The notes beneath the pieces are model-generated. The model made no database searches, had not been told where the DNA came from, and worked only from the letters and a program-made list of their open reading frames with translations. Of a stretch of DNA of 64,000 bases, positions 55,924 through 64,000 are shown in pieces. Within the stretch, counting starts at the first letter, position 1, and each line of letters starts with the position of its first letter. The DNA comes from a virus (Duplodnaviria; Heunggongvirae; Uroviricota; Caudoviricetes), in IMG/VR virus record IMGVR_UViG_3300024268_000001. The stretch is one strand, 5' to 3'. The position numbers and the translations under genes were made by a program.

Positions 55924-56257
55924 TATAGTAGCGTTTAGATATACAGAAAAATACAAGCCACTTTTAGGTGGTAAAGAAATCCCAGTAAGTCAAATGAATT
56001 TCAATGACGAAATTCATGCATATTCCAATTTATATAAAGGATATACAACAGTCGCTTTTTGCGGTATAAAGAAATGGGCCGAGGCTGAATATACTCTTTA
56101 TTATTATGTCAAATGGTTTGCTACTGAAGAGATAAGATTGAGCTGGGACGATAATTGCTATGTCATTTATGATGGTGTCAAATATACTACTGTAGAAAAA
56201 CTGTATGCCGCGATAGAAAATAAGAAAAATCTAGCAATACTTGATACTTACCTATAA
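55916..56257 (+). CDS. small protein (family-related, '...KLYAAIENKKNLAILDTYL')
   Basis: 113 aa. 8-nt overlap with the upstream gene. Confidence 0.5.
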   Translation: MANIVAFRYTEKYKPLLGGKEIPVSQMNFNDEIHAYSNLYKGYTTVAFCGIKKWAEAEYTLYYYVKWFATEEIRLSWDDNCYVIYDGVKYTTVEKLYAAIENKKNLAILDTYL

Positions 56258-56260
56258 AAA

Positions 56261-56284
56261 ATGACGGACCGCCAGATCCGTCAT
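56261..56284. terminator. intrinsic terminator hairpin
   Basis: Hairpin atgacggaccgccagatccgtcat, with a T-run on the minus strand. Confidence 0.55.
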
Positions 56285-56335
56285 GAATTATCATATTGTT
56301 GAAACGTGTTCGACAAAGAACCAATATGATAAAAT

Positions 56336-56914
56336 TTAAATTGCGTCAGTACCAGAACGATTTTCGATAATCTTGAAGATTGCTTCAAGCTTCGGTTTTA
56401 AAGTTTCCTCTGCCTCGTCGAAATCTTCAGCCATATACGGAATCATTTCCTTGATGGCTTCTGTAACTTTAGCACGGATAGAATCCTCTTTTTCTATAAC
56501 TTCTGTTTCGCCCCAACCTGGGTCATAGGTTCCGAAATCACGTCCATCCCAGCTTGGTTCTTCGCCAGTATAGCGAACTTCGACTTCGATTGAATTACCG
56601 TCACCGCCTGTAGAATCATACTGCTCATCGAAATCCTTAACAAAACCAGGAAGGATCTCTTCGATTTTGGCGACTTCTTCCTTTGTAACGCCCAAGCGAC
56701 AAGTCAAATCAAAAGACTTCTTAAGCGGATTACCATGATAATCCAGCAATTTATCAATATAGATAGGAACTTTTACTGTGTCATCATTATAATGTTCACA
56801 GACATATCCGTTATTTTCCAAAATAATCAAAGATTCGCTTACTTTCATTATAACCTCATTTTTATTATTTATAGCATTGACGAAAAGTGAATCTCTTGCT
56901 ATATTTAGTAACAT
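56336..56914 (-). CDS. hypothetical acidic protein (192 aa)
   Basis: Lone minus-strand ORF between the two plus-strand blocks. Confidence 0.5.
   Translation of the reverse strand: MLLNIARDSLFVNAINNKNEVIMKVSESLIILENNGYVCEHYNDDTVKVPIYIDKLLDYHGNPLKKSFDLTCRLGVTKEEVAKIEEILPGFVKDFDEQYDSTGGDGNSIEVEVRYTGEEPSWDGRDFGTYDPGWGETEVIEKEDSIRAKVTEAIKEMIPYMAEDFDEAEETLKPKLEAIFKIIENRSGTDAI
56877..56905 (+). promoter_or_regulatory. sigma70-like promoter (TTGACG-N17-TATATT) for the array operon
   Basis: Sequence caTTGACGaaaagtgaatctcttgcTATATTtagtaacATG. The -35 region resembles the conserved GTTGACGAAAGT element. Confidence 0.55.
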
Positions 56915-57194
56915 GACACGAAATACGCAAAATACAATTTCAACTATCTGGATTTTTCTTGCATCATTCGTATTTACCTTTATGGTAGGCTGGATTGTTT
57001 ATGAAATGATTGAAAAATCTCCAGATATTGATTATACGAAGAGTTATAGTGTCGAAGAAGTACAGAAGCTTGTTGATGAAAAAGTTACTAATGTAACCTG
57101 TGGAGTAATCAATAATGAAATTCTGTGTATCTATACTAATCACAAAACTTCTCGTAATCCGGTATTTTGTACTGTTAAATGGAATGGTAAATAA
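56913..57194 (+). CDS. small membrane protein (1 TM), first gene of the array operon
   Basis: 'TISTIWIFLASFVFTFMVGWIVY'. The ORF-track start at 56877 is the TTG of the -35 hexamer. The ATG at 56913 is preferred. Confidence 0.5.
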   Translation: MTRNTQNTISTIWIFLASFVFTFMVGWIVYEMIEKSPDIDYTKSYSVEEVQKLVDEKVTNVTCGVINNEILCIYTNHKTSRNPVFCTVKWNGK

Positions 57195-57203
57195 AGGAAA
57201 ATC

Positions 57204-57491
57204 ATGGTACCTCTCAAATATACAATCGGAATTCTGGCAATTTATGTAGCCTTGTTCATAATTCTTGGTTTTATAAGTCTGCCGACACTTTTATTGGTGT
57301 TAGGTATAATGTTCGTTATTTCGACAATTATCTATGTTGTCATACTCATTGAAGAAAGGATTTGGACATATTCGCTTATCTGGGACAATCTTATTGGATA
57401 TGCCGCAATGGCCTACGGTATCGTATTCTTCCTTCTTCCGATTATCGTCCTTAATTGCATCGAAGACAGAATAGAACGTAACGAAAGATGA
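57204..57491 (+). CDS. small membrane protein (3 TM)
   Basis: 'IGILAIYVALFIILGFISLPTLLLVLGIMFVISTIIYVVILI' and 'GYAAMAYGIVFFLLPIIVL'. Confidence 0.55.
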   Translation: MVPLKYTIGILAIYVALFIILGFISLPTLLLVLGIMFVISTIIYVVILIEERIWTYSLIWDNLIGYAAMAYGIVFFLLPIIVLNCIEDRIERNER

Positions 57492-57492
57492 T

Positions 57493-57822
57493 ATGATTAA
57501 TGTTATTTTTACAAATGACGGATATACACAACAACATGATGTTGCTGAAATTGATAACGTCAATATAGACGAACATCCTAGTTTTGTAGAAGCATGTGAG
57601 CAAAAAGACATCGTTAATAATACCATGATAACTCTTACATGGAGATCTTCAGATTATCATGGATTATATGTTTTAAAGCTTGGAACATTTCCGCTTTATA
57701 AGGCATATTTAGAAATTGACGGAAAGAAATATATGTATACCGACATAATGAAAAATATTGAAAAATTCAAAGCCAGGATTGAACAGGAAAAAGTTAAACT
57801 TGCATTGGAGACATTAGCATGA
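57493..57822 (+). CDS. array family member 1 (conserved C-terminal helix)
   Basis: Ends '...YTDIMKNIEKFKARIEQEKVKLALETLA'. Its stop overlaps the next ATG. Confidence 0.6.
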   Translation: MINVIFTNDGYTQQHDVAEIDNVNIDEHPSFVEACEQKDIVNNTMITLTWRSSDYHGLYVLKLGTFPLYKAYLEIDGKKYMYTDIMKNIEKFKARIEQEKVKLALETLA

Positions 57823-58106
57823 TTAAGTTTACACTTGATGGTAGAAACTATGAAATCGAATCCATGCAAGATTTTTCTCTTTGGGTTCATTACGAATCAA
57901 AACATAGAAAACGAGAAAACTATATTAAAGCAGAAGTACGTCCTGTAGGTTATGAAGCACATCATGTTTTTGAACTGAGAAACGAAGATAGTATACAGAT
58001 TGACGATAAAAAGTTTGACCTTCCATATATTTGTGAACATTTTGATTTGATTAAATCTAAAATTTTACATAATCTTGAACTTAAATGCCTGGATAATTTA
58101 GCATGA
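57819..58106 (+). CDS. array family member 2
   Basis: Starts MIKF. Ends '...ICEHFDLIKSKILHNLELKCLDNLA'. Confidence 0.6.
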   Translation: MIKFTLDGRNYEIESMQDFSLWVHYESKHRKRENYIKAEVRPVGYEAHHVFELRNEDSIQIDDKKFDLPYICEHFDLIKSKILHNLELKCLDNLA

Positions 58107-58387
58107 TTAAACTTATTAGAGAATATCATTATTCGCGTTCAGATGACCATTATGTAGTAAAGCAACTGTTTGGTTTTGAAAAATCTAGTAATGGCATAAG
58201 TCTTTTCTTTGAAGACCAAATGGGAAAAAACCAAATGATAAATACAGCCGATACAGAAAAAACAGAAACAAAACTGTATATAAACGACATTCTTTATACA
58301 AACAAAGATATTATGTGGAAATTTGATAAAATTTCTGCACTGTTAACTCAAGATATAAATTTGACAGCTATTGAGTCTCTTCCATAG
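58103..58387 (+). CDS. array family member 3
   Basis: Starts MIKL. Ends '...KDIMWKFDKISALLTQDINLTAIESLP'. Confidence 0.6.
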   Translation: MIKLIREYHYSRSDDHYVVKQLFGFEKSSNGISLFFEDQMGKNQMINTADTEKTETKLYINDILYTNKDIMWKFDKISALLTQDINLTAIESLP

Positions 58388-58395
58388 AGGAATAT

Positions 58396-58764
58396 ATGGA
58401 TTTTGAAAAAATAAAGAAAAATGAATGTTTTTCGAAACAGATGATTCTGGATAATCCAAATCAGCCATATATTTTTAGATATGATAAATGGGATAATTAT
58501 GACCTGATTATACCAATAGAAACCAATGATTCTACTACCCATATACTTGGTGCGGTTTTCCATTATGAAGATGAAAATACATATTTATACAACGGTTGTT
58601 CTTATATAAATCTTCTCGGTGTAAATCTTAAGAGTATGAAATTGTTTACTCCGCAAAAAGAAATCGAATATGATGCATCTGTTGATGATTATCATGATTT
58701 TAGAGATAAAGTTATTATGGTGTTAAATCAATTCGAATCCATAGAGGCCGTGGATAGATTATGA
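58396..58764 (+). CDS. array family member 4
   Basis: Ends '...FRDKVIMVLNQFESIEAVDRL'. ATGA junction. Confidence 0.6.
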   Translation: MDFEKIKKNECFSKQMILDNPNQPYIFRYDKWDNYDLIIPIETNDSTTHILGAVFHYEDENTYLYNGCSYINLLGVNLKSMKLFTPQKEIEYDASVDDYHDFRDKVIMVLNQFESIEAVDRL

Positions 58765-59108
58765 AGTTCATTGTAAAAATCGGTAATAATATAGCCATAA
58801 CATATGAGATGATAGCTCTCGAAGGCATATTTATCGAAAGGCCGAGTACTAAATTTACAAATTCACAACAGGACATGATTGATTACAAAACAATCTATAT
58901 CCATTTTCATTATTCAAAGAGAAACAACCGCGAAGTACATGCCAATATAACTATGCCTATTGGTGAATTTCTTGACGGTAATAAAATGATGTATATAGAT
59001 GCTGGAAAAGAACAGATTTATTACAAAGATATTGTTGCAAATCCGGCAAAAGCAGCAGTCAGGATAAATAACCTCATTTTACTTGATACTATCGAGGCTT
59101 TGCCATAA
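58761..59108 (+). CDS. array family member 5
   Basis: Ends '...YYKDIVANPAKAAVRINNLILLDTIEALP'. Confidence 0.6.
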   Translation: MKFIVKIGNNIAITYEMIALEGIFIERPSTKFTNSQQDMIDYKTIYIHFHYSKRNNREVHANITMPIGEFLDGNKMMYIDAGKEQIYYKDIVANPAKAAVRINNLILLDTIEALP

Positions 59109-59118
59109 CAGTATTACT

Positions 59119-59406
59119 ATGTTAATAGAGCTTTATCCAAATAAAAAATATAGAGTGCCATCTAAAATTAAGCACGTCAATAAAATTGTTGCCGAAAAAA
59201 CGGAACCTCTTTCATTTATTGATTTTATAGATACAGATGATAAACCGCATATCATGGTTATCGGTACAGAATCTATAATAGTAGTTGACTATGGACCGGT
59301 TGAATTACCTTTAATATTTAGTTATAAAGATATATTAGAAAATCCGGAAGCTATTACAGCAAAACTACATAATTTAGAAAACGAAGCTGTACTTGACAGA
59401 TTATAG
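59119..59406 (+). CDS. array family member 6
   Basis: Start taken at ATG 59119 (MLIELYP...). Ends '...YKDILENPEAITAKLHNLENEAVLDRL'. Confidence 0.55.
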   Translation: MLIELYPNKKYRVPSKIKHVNKIVAEKTEPLSFIDFIDTDDKPHIMVIGTESIIVVDYGPVELPLIFSYKDILENPEAITAKLHNLENEAVLDRL

Positions 59407-59409
59407 CCA

Positions 59410-59438
59410 TTGACAAAAATGAGATTTTTTGCTATATT
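59410..59438 (+). promoter_or_regulatory. internal sigma70-like promoter (TTGACA-N17-TATATT)
   Basis: Sequence ccaTTGACAaaaatgagattttttgcTATATTaaaaccATG. Confidence 0.5.
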
Positions 59439-59444
59439 AAAACC

Positions 59445-59762
59445 ATGATTAGACTTATCATGGAATCAAAACCTCATGAACAATGGGAACAGCATAGGCA
59501 GTTTAAAGTAAAATCTGCCGTTCTTATTAAGCAAAAAACTCATAGTCAATATGAGTCGGATTTGATTGTCCAATATACGTCGTTTAATAATAGTTCTTAT
59601 AATAGTTATGGATTTGAAGCTCAATTTGAAAAAGAAACGCATAGATTATTGCTTGAAATCGGCGGCGAAGTTTACGGGCATGATGATTTGATTAAAAACG
59701 TCGATAAGTATAATGCATTGCTGGAAAACGAAGCTATAAAAGAAGCAATAGACAGATTATGA
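59445..59762 (+). CDS. array family member 7
   Basis: Starts MIRL. Ends '...HDDLIKNVDKYNALLENEAIKEAIDRL'. Confidence 0.6.
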   Translation: MIRLIMESKPHEQWEQHRQFKVKSAVLIKQKTHSQYESDLIVQYTSFNNSSYNSYGFEAQFEKETHRLLLEIGGEVYGHDDLIKNVDKYNALLENEAIKEAIDRL

Positions 59763-60055
59763 TTCGAATAATATACAGACAATATAATGAAAAAACCAAG
59801 AAATGGGAAATGAATTTAGCATTTCCCGTTTATCAAGCGGAATTGTCTGTTAATACTAATAAATTAATCGATATTAAATATAAAAATTATTACGGTCATG
59901 ATTTCTTAACAACATTCAAGAATTCTAATGATACACAGATGACGCTTGAATTTGATGATGAAGAATATAGTATTCTTGATATGATTAATAATTTTGATAA
60001 AGTAAAGTCAAAAGTTTATAACGAATACCTACATGATATTTTGGAAGCATTATGA
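59759..60055 (+). CDS. array family member 8
   Basis: Starts MIRI. Ends '...ILDMINNFDKVKSKVYNEYLHDILEAL'. Confidence 0.6.
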   Translation: MIRIIYRQYNEKTKKWEMNLAFPVYQAELSVNTNKLIDIKYKNYYGHDFLTTFKNSNDTQMTLEFDDEEYSILDMINNFDKVKSKVYNEYLHDILEAL

Positions 60056-60390
60056 TTAAAGTTGTCAGAAAAATGACATATGATAATGAACCCACGACCA
60101 CGACATTTTATGTTCTTGGTCCTTATGTTTTTCGTACAGTAGTAAGTTCTAGACAATATATTTGTTTAGGCTATACTGATATTAAAAGAGAAATTAAAGA
60201 GCCGTATGAACATAAACCAAATTATTTTATTTTAGGAATTGTTACCAATTCCTCAGGTAAAAATTATAATACATGGCTTGAAACAGACGCTGGCACGTTT
60301 ACTGACCAATATATAGATAAACATCTGGATAAAGTCAACGCTATATTGACTCAGGAATCCAACAAAGAAATTCTTGATTGCCTACCATGA
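60052..60390 (+). CDS. array family member 9
   Basis: Starts MIKV. Ends '...DKHLDKVNAILTQESNKEILDCLP'. Confidence 0.6.
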   Translation: MIKVVRKMTYDNEPTTTTFYVLGPYVFRTVVSSRQYICLGYTDIKREIKEPYEHKPNYFILGIVTNSSGKNYNTWLETDAGTFTDQYIDKHLDKVNAILTQESNKEILDCLP

Positions 60391-60686
60391 TTAGTGTGAC
60401 CCAATATAAGAAAGATAATACGTTCCATTCAAAAGTGGATTTGCCGACCTATACTAATAAAAATTGGAATCCTTATTTAAGTAATAATCCGTATCATCAA
60501 TATAGGCTTTATATAGCATATGTTTCGCCAGTAGGTAGACTTGAATCCGTATATCTGGATCCTCGAAGTATATTAAGAATCGGCGACCAAACATATGATT
60601 TTAATTATATGCAAAAAAATATGGACCGTATCAATACGTTGATAGAACAGGAAATAACTCGAGAAGCTATAGAGAAACTGCCATGA
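60387..60686 (+). CDS. array family member 10
   Basis: Start at the ATGA overlap (MISVTQY...). Ends '...NMDRINTLIEQEITREAIEKLP'. Confidence 0.6.
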   Translation: MISVTQYKKDNTFHSKVDLPTYTNKNWNPYLSNNPYHQYRLYIAYVSPVGRLESVYLDPRSILRIGDQTYDFNYMQKNMDRINTLIEQEITREAIEKLP

Positions 60687-61003
60687 TTAAACTTGCTATT
60701 TATCATTTAGACGAAGGTATAGACGCTAAAATAATAGAATGGGGAGAAATACAAGAAATCGGTTATGGCGATTTTTATTTTTGTTATAGAGTGAATAATG
60801 GAAATCATCCGCAATATATCTATTTAACAAATACTGAACATAGATATGTTTCAGTTTTTATTAACGAAAAAGAATATATTATTACAAATCCTCACAGCCC
60901 ATCTGGACCCACAATTAGCCGACTTTTAAAAATTAAAGATAAAATTAATGCTTTAATAGTACAAGAAAATATTAAAACTGCAATCGATTCTTTGCCGGGG
61001 TAA
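60683..61003 (+). CDS. array family member 11
   Basis: Starts MIKL. Ends '...IKDKINALIVQENIKTAIDSLPG'. Confidence 0.6.
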   Translation: MIKLAIYHLDEGIDAKIIEWGEIQEIGYGDFYFCYRVNNGNHPQYIYLTNTEHRYVSVFINEKEYIITNPHSPSGPTISRLLKIKDKINALIVQENIKTAIDSLPG

Positions 61004-61005
61004 TA

Positions 61006-61353
61006 ATGGTTGAAATTATAACAAAACGACATACCAATTCAAAAGATTATATCAATCGTAAAGTTTCTGGGCTTTATTTAACTGCTAGAGATGAATATTC
61101 AGATGGCCAAATAGATAAAATGAACGGTATCGTAGTAACTGCAACATTTAAATATGTTGATAATGACCAAAAGAGTTATTCATGGATTCTTGGGCATTTT
61201 AAATATTGGACAGGTACAGCAATTCATAATTATACTAATTATATTAAAGTAGGTAAACTAAGTTTTTGGTATAAAGATATAATTGAAAATGTTGATAGAA
61301 TCAATGCACTCATTCAGCAAGAATATTTAAAAGACGCATTGGAGAAATTATAA
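61006..61353 (+). CDS. array family member 12
   Basis: Ends '...YKDIIENVDRINALIQQEYLKDALEKL'. Confidence 0.6.
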   Translation: MVEIITKRHTNSKDYINRKVSGLYLTARDEYSDGQIDKMNGIVVTATFKYVDNDQKSYSWILGHFKYWTGTAIHNYTNYIKVGKLSFWYKDIIENVDRINALIQQEYLKDALEKL

Positions 61354-61739
61354 TGAGCGAAAACTTGATATACATGGAATATATGGGAAGTCAACATGTA
61401 TTTGTTCCAGATAATGAAATAGTTAAGTGTATTGAAAAGAGTTCTGACATTACGGATATATATTTGCCTGGAAAATTTTATAATTTATCTAATAACAAAA
61501 AGTGGTTAGTTTATGACCCTCTTTTAATAGGTACTGAGCTATATTTAAATATATGGCGTGATTGGACATACCATGACGGTTCATTTGAAATAAAATTTGT
61601 TCATAAATCGGCAGATGATGATGACCTGTATGCTAAAATTAGAGATGCTAACAAAAAAGAATTTCTTATCTGCATTAACAAACTGTATATTCATTATAAG
61701 AATAAAGAAACTTTGGATATTATAGAAAAACTACCATGA
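61353..61739 (+). CDS. array family member 13
   Basis: 128 aa. Ends '...KNKETLDIIEKLP'. Confidence 0.55.
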   Translation: MSENLIYMEYMGSQHVFVPDNEIVKCIEKSSDITDIYLPGKFYNLSNNKKWLVYDPLLIGTELYLNIWRDWTYHDGSFEIKFVHKSADDDDLYAKIRDANKKEFLICINKLYIHYKNKETLDIIEKLP

Positions 61740-62020
61740 TTGTACTTTACGACGGTTTTACAAGATTACGTGCTCGAAATGTAACTGTTACGGCATTACA
61801 TGATAATGCGCCGGATCCAAGATATTTTTATAAAGTTGATTTTTATGACATAGGAAATCTTCATAAAGATTCTTTTACTATTTCCATTTATGACGCTGAT
61901 GCATATATTCAAATTAATAATACCAAATATACTTATTGTGACTTGGAACATGATTTATCCAATATACAAGTAGAATTGGAAAAAGAAAATATTTTACATG
62001 CGATTGAGAATTTACCATGA
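61736..62020 (+). CDS. array family member 14
   Basis: Starts MIVL. Ends '...DLSNIQVELEKENILHAIENLP'. Confidence 0.6.
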   Translation: MIVLYDGFTRLRARNVTVTALHDNAPDPRYFYKVDFYDIGNLHKDSFTISIYDADAYIQINNTKYTYCDLEHDLSNIQVELEKENILHAIENLP

Positions 62021-62298
62021 TTAAAGTTTATCATAAAGGTAATAAAATATCAATTTCTGAAATTACTAAGTTTGAAAAGTATCTTGAGGTTGATACTGGT
62101 AAATATTATTTTGAAGTTAAATATTTTCCTGAACGTTCGTATGTACAGTCGAGCTGTATTTTTTCAGAATCTAAACAGTTTAACTATATTGAAATTAACA
62201 GAGAACGATTTAACTATAAAAAGATGCTTGCACATTTTGAAAAAGTAAAAGCACTTATAGAACAAGAAAAAATCGTAAAAGCTATTGATGCATTATAA
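62017..62298 (+). CDS. array family member 15
   Basis: Starts MIKV. Ends '...MLAHFEKVKALIEQEKIVKAIDAL'. Confidence 0.6.
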   Translation: MIKVYHKGNKISISEITKFEKYLEVDTGKYYFEVKYFPERSYVQSSCIFSESKQFNYIEINRERFNYKKMLAHFEKVKALIEQEKIVKAIDAL

Positions 62299-62302
62299 GG
62301 GT

Positions 62303-62330
62303 TGACAATTACTTTATCGTTTACTATATT
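62303..62330 (+). promoter_or_regulatory. near-consensus sigma70 promoter (TTGACA-N16-TATATT)
   Basis: Sequence ggGTTGACAattactttatcgtttacTATATT, followed by RBS 'aaaggaacaatc' and ATG 62357. Confidence 0.6.
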
Positions 62331-62356
62331 AACGGTATAAACAAAAAGGAACAATC

Positions 62357-62800
62357 ATGTTTAAAGTAATTTATACCAAGGCTGTTGATGGAAACGGACG
62401 TTATGCATATGTCGGTGGCGACAAGATGACATATGAATATGCGGACGTACCTGATGAAGAAACTTTCCAAAAGCTTAAGAACGAAATTGTCGAAGAACTT
62501 AAGAAGGAAGATTCCCCGCTTGTAAAGGCTTCGTTCTATAACGAAAAGGGAGTTCCTTTTGAAATCAGTTTCGACGATATTAACGAAGAAGATGAATATT
62601 GTCTCATCGATACTGTCAATAACATGACGCTTAAGAAGCTTGAAGAACGTACCGACGGTATGACCAAGGGACAATGGGAACTGTTTAACGGTTCTTATGA
62701 CGATAACCTTAAGATTCCGGAAGATCTTGCCGAAGCGGATGAAAATTCTGACCCGCTTTATGATTATCTTAAGAGCGTTGGACCGACACTTTTGAAGTAA
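62357..62800 (+). CDS. strongly acidic protein (147 aa), unrelated to the array family
   Basis: About 30% D/E. Higher GC than flanking genes. Has its own promoter and RBS. Confidence 0.6.
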   Translation: MFKVIYTKAVDGNGRYAYVGGDKMTYEYADVPDEETFQKLKNEIVEELKKEDSPLVKASFYNEKGVPFEISFDDINEEDEYCLIDTVNNMTLKKLEERTDGMTKGQWELFNGSYDDNLKIPEDLAEADENSDPLYDYLKSVGPTLLK

Positions 62801-62812
62801 GGAGAAACTACC

Positions 62813-63112
62813 ATGATTCATGTATATGACAACTGTAAACTATATACCAATGTTATAAATCCAAAGCTGGAATATGTTACAGACAGTATCTGGCCGCCTT
62901 ATAATCCCTATTTCTGGATAACTTTCAAGGAAAGCCCTAATGCACAATTTAATAGGGTAGACTTCCGAGATTTCACTGAGGAAATGAATAACAATTATAT
63001 CGAAATCAATAACCAGCGATTCAAATATAAAGATATAAAAGAAAACCTGGAATATATCCAAGCCCTAATCGAAAACGATATTAACCAGGAAGCTATCGAG
63101 TCCCTCCCATGA
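62813..63112 (+). CDS. array family member 16
   Basis: Ends '...YKDIKENLEYIQALIENDINQEAIESLP'. Confidence 0.6.
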   Translation: MIHVYDNCKLYTNVINPKLEYVTDSIWPPYNPYFWITFKESPNAQFNRVDFRDFTEEMNNNYIEINNQRFKYKDIKENLEYIQALIENDINQEAIESLP

Positions 63113-63399
63113 TTGAAGTCTACGATACAAATAATAAAAAATCAGAAGTAATAGAAGTCATAAGGCTGGATAAACTGACTGACAAATGCGTTAAACCTCC
63201 CTATGTCTATTTTTCTCTAATGTATAAAGACTCTTCTAACCAGAAGGGCTTTACTATATTCTCTATAGGCAGTTCTGAAAATTACCTGTCTATTAACGGA
63301 AGAAAATTCAAATATAAAGATATGATAGAAAAAGAGGGCCTCATAGACGCCCTCCTTACCCAAGAAGAAACCCTTGAAACACTAAATAAGCTACCCTAG
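63109..63399 (+). CDS. array family member 17
   Basis: Starts MIEV. Ends '...YKDMIEKEGLIDALLTQEETLETLNKLP'. Elevated GC. Confidence 0.6.
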   Translation: MIEVYDTNNKKSEVIEVIRLDKLTDKCVKPPYVYFSLMYKDSSNQKGFTIFSIGSSENYLSINGRKFKYKDMIEKEGLIDALLTQEETLETLNKLP

Positions 63400-63713
63400 A
63401 GCTTCTTTAGGGCCCTTTCTATATCATACTTGTTAAATATACTATAGGCATTTTCGGGGTGCCTTATGGCCTTCTTCATGATTGCCATGGGTATGTTCTT
63501 AAACTGGAACGCCAACATCTCATTAGTAGTCCCGATACAGACAGCCTGCTCTTCTTCTATATTCCGAAAATATACGGTAGGGGTAGAATCATAAATGTAC
63601 AGACATACCGAAAATCCGTCCTTCCGGTAATCTACAGGATAGGGCTCGTATGTGCTCATAGGGACATATCCACATCTAACCACCAAATCGCGAACCTTCT
63701 TAAGCGGATCCAT
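63396..63713 (-). CDS. family-related small protein on the minus strand ('...KYDIERALKKL')
   Basis: 105 aa, convergent with the array. Elevated GC. Confidence 0.5.
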   Translation of the reverse strand: MDPLKKVRDLVVRCGYVPMSTYEPYPVDYRKDGFSVCLYIYDSTPTVYFRNIEEEQAVCIGTTNEMLAFQFKNIPMAIMKKAIRHPENAYSIFNKYDIERALKKL

Positions 63714-64000
63714 TATCCCAATACCTCCAAAGCCTTTTCTGTCTCATATTTGTGAAAATCAAAAGTCAGCCTCTTGAATTCCTCAGGGTCGTCTATACAT
63801 ACATTGGTTTCGATATACCCCCTGTACATCTTCCCGTTCCAGATAATAAACTCGTAATCGGTAATATAGTAAAGCCCCTCCCATACGTCTTCGAAAATTT
63901 CGTGGACATATGTGAATCCTACGGCTCGCCTTTCCAAATCAATATCGGTAATATCTACAAATTCCCTAACGGCATTCTTGGAATGATAATGCGGGGTAAT
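63713..64000 (-). CDS. family-related small protein ('...YETEKALEVLG'), 5' end beyond the window
   Basis: The ORF-track start at 63937 is a TTG. The reading frame stays open to position 64000. Confidence 0.45.
   Translation of the reverse strand: MTPHYHSKNAVREFVDITDIDLERRAVGFTYVHEIFEDVWEGLYYITDYEFIIWNGKMYRGYIETNVCIDDPEEFKRLTFDFHKYETEKALEVLG

Noticed and set aside
57300-57626. 108-aa minus-strand ORF
   Set aside because: Antisense to the two small membrane-protein genes and the first array member, inside a plus-strand operon with an upstream promoter.
62324-62821. 165-aa minus-strand ORF
   Set aside because: Antisense to the acidic protein gene, which has its own consensus promoter and RBS.
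1-64000. CRISPR array, integrase/att sites, rRNA or tRNA genes
   Set aside because: No direct-repeat/spacer periodicity, no tyrosine/serine recombinase motifs and no canonical tRNA T-arm signatures were found by eye. tRNAscan-SE and Infernal should still be run, especially on 32480-33028.

Overview
This window looks like a dense, AT-rich (about 35-38% GC) stretch of a large virulent-type dsDNA phage genome. There is no integrase, no rRNA or tRNA, and no CRISPR array. Positions 1-55.5 kb are almost entirely minus-strand genes; 55.6-63.4 kb is a plus-strand block. Genes are tightly packed, often with ATGA or longer overlaps. Intergenic regions carry sigma-70/sigmaA-like promoters (TTGAC(A/G) - 17-18 nt - TATATT). 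Several of these promoters lie 6-10 nt before an ATG, which suggests leaderless mRNAs. There are about 12 clear intrinsic terminators.

Recognisable products:
- Two tandem GroES-like co-chaperonins.
- An RNA-repair toolkit: CCA-adding tRNA nucleotidyltransferase, a P-loop polynucleotide-kinase-like protein, an RNA-ligase-like protein and a metallophosphoesterase.
- NMN adenylyltransferase-Nudix (NadM-like) and an NAD-dependent DNA ligase.
- dCMP deaminase, DHFR, an HNH endonuclease and a FEN/RNase H.
- An M16 peptidase-like protein, a bactofilin-like beta-helix protein and an MFS transporter.
- A flotillin/SPFH + LemA membrane module.
- An N6-adenine methyltransferase split into two ORFs by a three-gene insert.
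- An AT-rich island: zinc finger - tandem-repeat protein - patatin-like phospholipase.

The most striking feature is a huge paralogous family of small proteins (about 90-130 aa). At least 17 members sit in one translationally coupled tandem array at 57.5-63.4 kb. Each starts 'MIK...' and ends in a conserved C-terminal helix of the form '...YKDIxxNxDxInALIxQExxxEAIExLP'. The same C-terminal tail also ends members of other paralog groups at 38.2-42.6 kb, 54.5-56.3 kb and 63.4-64.0 kb. I could not assign this family to any characterised protein family. It is the best candidate for an undescribed system, possibly a diversified host-takeover or anti-defence repertoire that shares a common C-terminal docking or targeting module.
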